Shown here one piece after another: positions 57,554-64,000 of a stretch of 64,000 bases of DNA. The stretch lies in the sequence record MT161459.1; one strand, given 5' to 3'. Position numbers and translations under genes: made by a program. Each line of letters starts with the position of its first letter. The stretch's first letter is position 1. A model generated the notes under the pieces. That model searched no databases. It was not told where the DNA came from and worked only from the letters and a program-made list of their open reading frames with translations.

Positions 57554-58480
57554 ATGTCAATTTTTAAGCGCAAAGATCCCTCCGTACTTCAACAAGAAAT
57601 GGCTGCATTCACTGCTAAGAAAGGCTTCGAGTCTGATGGCAAAGAATGGAAACTGGCTCAGGACAAACAAGGTAACGGTTCTGCTGTTATTCGCTTCCTG
57701 CCTGCTGCTTCTGATGATGCAACAACTTTCATCAAGTTGGTGAACCACGGTTTCGAGCGTAATGGCAAATGGTACATCGAGAACTGTACTTCTACCCACG
57801 GTGACTATGAGTCCTGCCCGGCTTGCCAGTGGATCAAGGAGCAGAACTGGAACTACGACGTAGAAGCCGACAAGAAAGCAATGTACGCTTCTGGTGTGAC
57901 TCGTAAGACCTCTTTCTGGGCCAACATCCTGGTTATTACCGACAAGGCTAACCCAGAGAATGAAGGCAAGGTCTTCAAGATGCGCTTCGGTAAGAAGATC
58001 ATGGACAAGATCACTGCACAGATCGAAGTAGATGCCGACTGTGGTGAGATCCCATGTGACGTTACCTGTCCGTTCGAAGGCAAGAACTTCATTATGAAGG
58101 TCAAGAAAGTTGCCAAGAACAACAACTTCGATGACAGCTACTTCACCGATCGTAGCCAGATCAAGAACATCGATGACGAATCCTATCAAGCAAAACTGAT
58201 GGACGAGATGCACGATCTGATGGGCATGATCGCAAAAGACAAGTTCAAAACCAAAGAAGAGCTGACTGCTAACTTCAACAAGGTCATCGGTGCTGGCGTG
58301 CGCAATGCACAGCGTGCAGCTGACGACTTCGATAAGCAGATGGCTGGTTTTGAAGAAAAGACCGACAACTCTCAAGCTGCTGCTAAGGCCGCAACTGCTG
58401 CAGAGGCTGCTGCCATGGTCACCGGTTCCGGTGATGACATGGACGCTGAGCTGAACGCACTGCTTGACGAAATCGAATAA
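57554..58480 (+). CDS. 32: Single-stranded DNA-binding protein gp32
   Basis: GNGSAVIRFLP, WYIENCTSTHGDYESCPAC, FGKKIMDKI, acidic tail. Confidence 0.98.
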   Translation: MSIFKRKDPSVLQQEMAAFTAKKGFESDGKEWKLAQDKQGNGSAVIRFLPAASDDATTFIKLVNHGFERNGKWYIENCTSTHGDYESCPACQWIKEQNWNYDVEADKKAMYASGVTRKTSFWANILVITDKANPENEGKVFKMRFGKKIMDKITAQIEVDADCGEIPCDVTCPFEGKNFIMKVKKVAKNNNFDDSYFTDRSQIKNIDDESYQAKLMDEMHDLMGMIAKDKFKTKEELTANFNKVIGAGVRNAQRAADDFDKQMAGFEEKTDNSQAAAKAATAAEAAAMVTGSGDDMDAELNALLDEIE

Positions 58481-58493
58481 GCAATGTACAATG

Positions 58494-58518
58494 AGCCATC
58501 CTTCGGGATGGCTTTTTT
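58494..58518 (+). terminator. Intrinsic terminator after gene 32
   Basis: AGCCATCC-TTCG-GGATGGCT-TTTTT. Confidence 0.85.
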
Positions 58519-58530
58519 ATTGGAGGACAA

Positions 58531-60000
58531 TTGGCTAAGCTCACACCATCTCAACTATCGAAATCGTTAGCAGATTTTATTCACGACGCTAACGCCAAAC
58601 ACAACAACAAGTTTGAATATGACGTCGCTACATTTCTCGGACGTCACACGCCGATGTCCATTAAGTGTCCGGTTCACGGTCCGTTCGAACAAACTCCACA
58701 CAATCATTTGAAATATACTGGATGTAATAAGTGCGCTCGTGAAATCCAATCGGATAGGAGACGATCGTGCACTAACGATTTTATTCGCGATGCTGTTGCA
58801 GTCCACGGAAACGTCTACGATTATTCTCGAGTTGAATATATTAGCACCCATGAGAAGGTTACTATCATTTGTCCAGTTCATGGCCCATTTGAACAAACTC
58901 CGAACAAACACTTGATGGGCTCAACGTGCCTAGATTGTAAATTTGATGGACAGAAGCATACAACGCAGTCGTTCGTCGAGAAGGTGGAATCTATCCACGG
59001 CAAGCTGTACGATTACTCTCGAGTTGAATATATTAGCGCCCATGAGAAGGTTACTATTGTTTGTCCAGTTCATGGCCCATTTGAACAAACTCCATCTAGT
59101 CATGGGTCCGGAACTAGATGTCCAAAATGCGCCGGTTGGGGTCCATCTATACAGGAGACTGAGGTGTACAACTACATCAAAACTTTATCACAAACGGCAG
59201 TTCAATCGGATCGCACCGTCCTGAAACCAAAAGAGCTCGACATCTACGATCCAGAGTCTAGGATTGCTATCGAGTTTGATGGTCTGTACTGGCACTCCAG
59301 TGGGTCCAAGGAAAATGACGCTGAGAGTCGGAAGAAGCACGTTCACAAGACTGACGAATGTAACAAACTTGGGATCCAGCTGTTCCACGTTTTCGAGAAC
59401 GAGTGGAACGAGAAGCCTGAGATCTGGAAGAGCGTCATTCAAAATGCTTACGGCCAAAGCTCAAAAGTGTACGCGCGTCAATGCGAGATCGGAGCAGTAG
59501 ATTCCAAGACTGCCCGAGCGTTCTGCGATGCTAACCACTTGCAAGGAGGATCCAATAGCTCGATAGCTTATGGACTGTACCACAACACAGTGCTCGTTAG
59601 CCTAATGACGTTTGGTCCAGCGAGATACTCCGATGCCAAGTACGAGTTGTTGAGATTCTGCAATAAACTAGGATTGACTGTAGTTGGCGGAGCTAGTAAG
59701 ATCATCAAGCACTTCAGAAAGAACCATCCGGGTTCCATAGTATCTTATGCCAACAAACGCTGGTCTATTGGGAACTTGTATGATGCTCTGGGGTTCGAAT
59801 ACTTACACGACTCTGATCCGTGCTATTGGTATTTCAAGACCGATGATGCAACTATGTTCCATAGAAGCAGTTTCATGAAGCATAAACTGAAGGACAAGTT
59901 AGAGACGTTCGATCCTGATATGTCCGAGGTCGACAACATGTACGCGAATGGATACAGACGAATCTGGGATAGTGGCAACAAAGTTTACATTTTAAGGTGA
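58531..60000 (+). CDS. Hef-like homing endonuclease (zinc-ribbon repeats + PD-(D/E)XK/Vsr-like domain + C-terminal domain)
   Basis: Three CPVHGPFEQTP repeats; ELDIY...IAIEFDGLYWHS; NHLQG...ELLRFC...GGASK; TTG start after GGAGG. Confidence 0.85.
   Translation: MAKLTPSQLSKSLADFIHDANAKHNNKFEYDVATFLGRHTPMSIKCPVHGPFEQTPHNHLKYTGCNKCAREIQSDRRRSCTNDFIRDAVAVHGNVYDYSRVEYISTHEKVTIICPVHGPFEQTPNKHLMGSTCLDCKFDGQKHTTQSFVEKVESIHGKLYDYSRVEYISAHEKVTIVCPVHGPFEQTPSSHGSGTRCPKCAGWGPSIQETEVYNYIKTLSQTAVQSDRTVLKPKELDIYDPESRIAIEFDGLYWHSSGSKENDAESRKKHVHKTDECNKLGIQLFHVFENEWNEKPEIWKSVIQNAYGQSSKVYARQCEIGAVDSKTARAFCDANHLQGGSNSSIAYGLYHNTVLVSLMTFGPARYSDAKYELLRFCNKLGLTVVGGASKIIKHFRKNHPGSIVSYANKRWSIGNLYDALGFEYLHDSDPCYWYFKTDDATMFHRSSFMKHKLKDKLETFDPDMSEVDNMYANGYRRIWDSGNKVYILR
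58816..59093 (+). repeat. Intragenic 86-bp direct repeat, period 192 nt
   Basis: 58816-58901 vs 59008-59093, four mismatches by eye. Confidence 0.9.
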
Positions 60001-60004
60001 AATC

Positions 60005-60508
60005 ATGATCAAGATCGTATTTGCAGTAGGCGAGGATAACAGCTTTGGGTTCCAGAATCGGTTACCATGGCCGCACAACAAACAGGATATGTTGAACTTC
60101 GCTCGCGAAACAAAGGATAGTGTGGTTGTGATGGGTGCTAATACCTTTATCAGCCTTCCGCATCTTTTGCCAGGTAGAACCCACGCTGTAATCTCTTCGA
60201 GAATCGGGTTTGATCGCGTTCTAACGCAGAACGGATGCCGCCCCGACATCATCGCATTCGGCGACATCGATAACCTGTTAGCGGAGCTCTCAGATGCGTA
60301 TGAGACTGTATGCGTAATTGGCGGACCGAAAGTAATTGCAGATTGTCTGCATCTAGCTGACGAGATTGTGTTGACTTCCATTGCCGGTTCATACGAACAT
60401 GACGTATCTTTTGACGCTGATGTACTTGCTAAGATCCGATCGTTCCGTTTGGTCGGTCAAGACTGGTATGACGGCCTACTTGTTAATCGCTATAAGGTAA
60501 CCAAATAA
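60005..60508 (+). CDS. frd: Dihydrofolate reductase
   Basis: FGFQNRLPWPH...D..F, VVMGANTF.SLP..LPGR, VIGG. Confidence 0.95.
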   Translation: MIKIVFAVGEDNSFGFQNRLPWPHNKQDMLNFARETKDSVVVMGANTFISLPHLLPGRTHAVISSRIGFDRVLTQNGCRPDIIAFGDIDNLLAELSDAYETVCVIGGPKVIADCLHLADEIVLTSIAGSYEHDVSFDADVLAKIRSFRLVGQDWYDGLLVNRYKVTK

Positions 60509-60987
60509 TGTCTCGATACGACAGCTCTGTAGATCTGACCCTCCAAGATTGGTCAGATTTCAACGATCGCAACAAACCGAATTGCATCCAAGTGGTTGCA
60601 GTCCGCAAAGACCACAAGAAACGCAAATGGTGTCCACGTACCGACTCCGCTGGCATGATCCGAACTGGCTACCACCCAGAGTCGTACGACAACCAGGAAA
60701 GCGGTCACTTCGTTTATCGCGCGGACATGAAGATCCAAGGTCACGGTCGCGGACAGAGTGCATACTACATGTACCTCGAACTGCCGCATGGTCAGACTAT
60801 CCAGTTTGGCGCAACTGGTGTCGACATGTTGATGAAGATGTTCGCCAATGGCCACGTCAATCTCAAAGGCAACGGATACTTCGAGGTCGCGTTTGTAGTT
60901 GAGAAGAAGGGTGCCAATGTGTACGCAGAGCCTGTGTACGTGAACCCAACCGATCACATCCTCATCGAGGACTTCGCAAATGCGTGA
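60508..60987 (+). CDS. Hypothetical protein (paralog pair A)
   Basis: GHFVYRA and FVVEKKG..VYAE shared with the next ORF. Confidence 0.7.
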   Translation: MSRYDSSVDLTLQDWSDFNDRNKPNCIQVVAVRKDHKKRKWCPRTDSAGMIRTGYHPESYDNQESGHFVYRADMKIQGHGRGQSAYYMYLELPHGQTIQFGATGVDMLMKMFANGHVNLKGNGYFEVAFVVEKKGANVYAEPVYVNPTDHILIEDFANA

Positions 60988-61426
60988 CATCTTGCTACAC
61001 GATAGCGTAGATCTCATTCATCCGCTCATCAAAGTAGTCGGTCTTCGGACCGATTACAAGCTGCGCAAGTGGAAGCCAGCTGCATTCAAAGGAGTTCCCA
61101 ATACCGGCGAGTCCGAACCTTACAAGTGTTCCGGTCACGGTGGACACTTCGTTTATCGCGCAAAGTTTCGCGTTGCGTATCCAGTTTATTGTGGGACTTC
61201 GGTATCGATGCAGATGAATCTGTATGAGATTCCTGGGTTCAGCATCGAGTTCAGCATGGGGGCCATTGCATCCCTCATAGAGACCATGTCTCGTGGGTAC
61301 ATCGTTCCGGACACTCAGAACAACTTCATTGAGATTGATTTCGTTCTTGAAAAGACTGGAAAATATGTGTATGCTGAGCTAGCCGATAATGGCATTAACA
61401 AATATCAATACAGTGAGATCCAATGA
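60980..61426 (+). CDS. Hypothetical protein (paralog pair B)
   Basis: GHFVYRA, FVLEKTG.YVYAE. Confidence 0.7.
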   Translation: MRDILLHDSVDLIHPLIKVVGLRTDYKLRKWKPAAFKGVPNTGESEPYKCSGHGGHFVYRAKFRVAYPVYCGTSVSMQMNLYEIPGFSIEFSMGAIASLIETMSRGYIVPDTQNNFIEIDFVLEKTGKYVYAELADNGINKYQYSEIQ

Positions 61427-61731
61427 CGACTGAACAACTCGACATTCAAGCAATTCTGGCCAAAGATCCAGACCAAATGACCCAGGAAGAAACCAATCTC
61501 TTCCAGATCTACATGATCGGTATCCTGACCGATCGCGTGACAGCTCAGTCCGATAGCCTCACTCTCCACGAACAATGCATCGTTCAGTTGCAAGATTCAG
61601 TCAAGGCACACGAGCAGTGTATTGGCGAACTACAGGAAGCGATGATCGAGCTCCGCAAGCAACTGGATGTCATGAAGGGCGTCTCCGAACAATTTGGCAA
61701 ACAATCCGAAGGTGGGATCCTGCTGCTATGA
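61423..61731 (+). CDS. Hypothetical coiled-coil protein
   Basis: HEQCIVQLQ/HEQCIGELQ repeat; overlaps the td start. Confidence 0.6.
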   Translation: MTTEQLDIQAILAKDPDQMTQEETNLFQIYMIGILTDRVTAQSDSLTLHEQCIVQLQDSVKAHEQCIGELQEAMIELRKQLDVMKGVSEQFGKQSEGGILLL

Positions 61732-62561
61732 AACAACTCCAAGATCTAATGCGCGAGATTATGTGGGACGGTGACGATGAGATGGATCGAACTGGCGTAG
61801 GTACTCGATCTGTTCTTGGAGCTAAAGTCCAATTTGACCTCGGCGAAGGGTTCCCCGCTACTACTACCAAGCGACTCGCTCTCCGTGCTGTTATTGGCGA
61901 ACTGCTATGGTTTATCCGTGGCGGCAATAACGTCAACGATCTCCGCGAGATCACGTACGGCAAGGGTTCCGATAAAAGGACCATCTGGGACGATAACTAC
62001 GAGAACCAGGCAAAGGCTCTTGGGTACGAACAAGGTTACATGGGTCCAATTTACGGGTACACATGGCGGAACTTCAACGGCGTTGATCAACTGGCCCACG
62101 TCATCGAACAGATCAAAACAGATCCATCCAGCAGACGCATTATCGTCAGCGCTTGGAACGCATCCGTTGTCGATGCAATGACTCTGCCTCCGTGTCACGT
62201 TCTGTTTCGATTTAGTGTGAAACGTGGACGTCTGAATCTGACTTGGTATCAACGTAGCTGCGACGTTTTCCTCGGTCTGCCGTTCAACATCGCCAGCTAT
62301 GCAGTCTTGCTGACTATGGTAGCGAACATTACAGGTTACGCTCCAGGCATCCTGACTGGCCTACTCGATGACACTCATCTATACCTCAACCACTTCGATC
62401 AAGTTGAAGAGATGATCAAACGTCAGCCTAAAGATCTACCGGAGCTGGTTATCCACAAAGACTACGCGTCTCTGACCGATATCGAGAATCTGACTGTTGA
62501 TGACTTCGAGTTAGTCGGGTACGATCCCCATCCAGCAATCAAAGCTCCGATGGCGGTGTAA
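61728..62561 (+). CDS. td: Thymidylate synthase (intron-less)
   Basis: DRTGVGT, ELLWFI, GPIYG..WR, LPPCH, QRSCDVFLGLPFNIASY. Confidence 0.98.
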   Translation: MKQLQDLMREIMWDGDDEMDRTGVGTRSVLGAKVQFDLGEGFPATTTKRLALRAVIGELLWFIRGGNNVNDLREITYGKGSDKRTIWDDNYENQAKALGYEQGYMGPIYGYTWRNFNGVDQLAHVIEQIKTDPSSRRIIVSAWNASVVDAMTLPPCHVLFRFSVKRGRLNLTWYQRSCDVFLGLPFNIASYAVLLTMVANITGYAPGILTGLLDDTHLYLNHFDQVEEMIKRQPKDLPELVIHKDYASLTDIENLTVDDFELVGYDPHPAIKAPMAV

Positions 62562-63034
62562 TGAAACCCAAATTCTTGTTCCTTGACATAGATGCTGTGC
62601 TCAATGATCGAGACATAATGGACCAATACATGCGCAAGGATCCGAACGTCATAGTTTGGAGAAAGCATGGTCTATTAGAGTTGGCCCACACCACGTTTGT
62701 GGGCCGTCTCCAAGACATCATTCAGCGAACGAACTGTACAGTCGTTGGCATTAGTAGCTGGTTCTCGCATCCAGAAGATAAGGACGAGATCGGCATGGTA
62801 TTGGACATCCCAATCTCTGATGTGGTAGACAATACTGGCGGCGGTAGCTCTCGAGTGCGTTCCGTACTCCGATATTTGAAGAGTCACGACTACGAGAGCT
62901 TCGTCATAATCGATGACATTCCAAACTTTACCACAGATAACGTGGGGTTAGATGATCATCATGTACAACCAACTGGGAGTGGACTGACCGAAGAGCTTGC
63001 TAACAAAGCTGTGAGGATTCTCGGCCCTATGTAG
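62561..63034 (+). CDS. HAD-family phosphatase (Swiss-army-knife RNA-repair type)
   Basis: FLDIDAVLN, ISSW, FVIIDD, GLTEE. Confidence 0.75.
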   Translation: MKPKFLFLDIDAVLNDRDIMDQYMRKDPNVIVWRKHGLLELAHTTFVGRLQDIIQRTNCTVVGISSWFSHPEDKDEIGMVLDIPISDVVDNTGGGSSRVRSVLRYLKSHDYESFVIIDDIPNFTTDNVGLDDHHVQPTGSGLTEELANKAVRILGPM

Positions 63035-63036
63035 AT

Positions 63037-63489
63037 ATGGAGCTATCCAAACTCATCGATAGGTATGGGTTCTACAAACTGACCACTATGGAGCTAGATG
63101 ATGGCGGGAAGATTTCTCGCAACTTCGCTAGACCCAACGAGTTCACCAATGTACTGTATGCGATAGTCGTGAATAGCGATATCAAGTACATCGGCAAGGC
63201 ATCTTGTTTGTGGAAGCGGTTCGATACTTATCGCAACTGCGCAAATTGGAGTAACGCGTTTCAATCGAACGTGACTAAAACGAAGCTGATAGAGAAGTCT
63301 ATCGAGCATGGACTAGCATCCCTGTATATCAGGAGGTGCCCGAGTCTTTACATTGGCCGGAAATCGGGAGCAACGTTAATCACTACGATGCACGACGAAG
63401 AGCCGCACATAATTTCTGTATTCAATCCGGAGTGGAATGTACACTATGCGAACCCTGTATCAAAATCTCGTAAATCTGTGCGTCGATAA
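63037..63489 (+). CDS. denA: Endonuclease II (GIY-YIG)
   Basis: NVLYAIVVN..IKYIGKA..L.KR..TYRN; directly upstream of rnlA. Confidence 0.9.
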   Translation: MELSKLIDRYGFYKLTTMELDDGGKISRNFARPNEFTNVLYAIVVNSDIKYIGKASCLWKRFDTYRNCANWSNAFQSNVTKTKLIEKSIEHGLASLYIRRCPSLYIGRKSGATLITTMHDEEPHIISVFNPEWNVHYANPVSKSRKSVRR

Positions 63490-64000
63490 CGACACCAAAT
63501 TCTTTTTCTCTGATCACATCACGTCTCTTGGAAACAAGATGCGCGTGTTCAGCTACCACATCGCGAACTACTCCGATTGGCTGATGCCAGATGCGTTGGA
63601 AGCTCGCGGGATCATGTTCGAGATGGATGGTGAGATTCCGGTCCGTATTGCTTCTCGTCCAATGGCCAAGTTCTTCAACTTGTCCGAATTGCAAGGTTGG
63701 GTAGGTTTGTCTGACCTCCGAGAAGGGATGGTACTGCCTGACCTGACTAAGATCAACTTCTATATGGACAAACGCGATGGCAGTCTGATCAGCTCATTCA
63801 CTGATACCGATAAGACTGATGGTACGTCCAACGTTCTGTTGAAGAGCAAGACGTCAATCCGATCCGAGCAAGCTAACGACGCGAGCGTGTGGCTGTACGA
63901 TCACGAAGATCTGCTCGACTTCACATCAGATTGGGAGAATGATGGGTATACCGTCAACTTCGAGTGGACCAGTCCGAAGAACCAGATTGTGCTCGGCTAC
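63437..64000 (+). CDS. rnlA: RNA ligase 1 (5' part, runs off the window)
   Basis: Manual translation LYQNLVNLC...YSDWLMPDALEARGIMFEMDGEIPVRIASRPMAKFFNL and the KRDGSLI adenylation motif. Confidence 0.95.
   Translation, partial: MYTMRTLYQNLVNLCVDNDTKFFFSDHITSLGNKMRVFSYHIANYSDWLMPDALEARGIMFEMDGEIPVRIASRPMAKFFNLSELQGWVGLSDLREGMVLPDLTKINFYMDKRDGSLISSFTDTDKTDGTSNVLLKSKTSIRSEQANDASVWLYDHEDLLDFTSDWENDGYTVNFEWTSPKNQIVLGY

Noticed and set aside
86-62561. Group I introns or inteins in nrdD, td, 43, 41 or 46
   Set aside because: All are continuous ORFs of near-normal length; the gp46 extension has no intein Cys/Ser...His-Asn ends and lies in the coil.
1-64000. CRISPR array, tRNA or rRNA genes
   Set aside because: No regularly spaced repeat-spacer units or cloverleaf-like sequences were seen in the short intergenic spaces.

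Overview
This window is a 64-kb slice of a T4-like (Straboviridae-type) myovirus genome. GC is roughly 45-50% by spot counts, high for this group; a gammaproteobacterial host such as Aeromonas is plausible but only inferred. The T4 core synteny is easy to read on the + strand: nrdD-nrdG-nrdC-nrdH, 55, a-gt.5, a-gt.4, 47, 46, 45.2, rpbA, 45, 44, 62, regA, 43, uvsX, 40, 41, 61.1, 61, dUTPase, dexA, fused 39+60, rIIA, rIIB, ndd, 52 and asiA. A minus-strand late block follows (34, a greatly extended 35, two full distal long-tail-fibre genes, a gp38-like tip protein, and an endolysin). The window ends with rnh, dsbA, 33, 59, 32, frd, td, denA and a truncated rnlA. Accessory content includes four free-standing zinc-ribbon homing-endonuclease-like genes, an orphan QueD-like enzyme, MazG and CYTH hydrolases, an MmcB-like nuclease and an SF2 helicase-like protein. 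The most striking unexplained signals are: (1) a ~80-bp structured non-coding element repeated almost exactly 25 kb apart, beside the primase gene and inside the fibre cluster; (2) promoter-like -10 boxes sitting at the centre of perfect palindromes; (3) a CTAAATA late-promoter variant; (4) a duplicated, separately promoted distal tail-fibre system with a multi-domain knee protein. All gene calls come from motif recognition, recalled homology and synteny; no database search was run.
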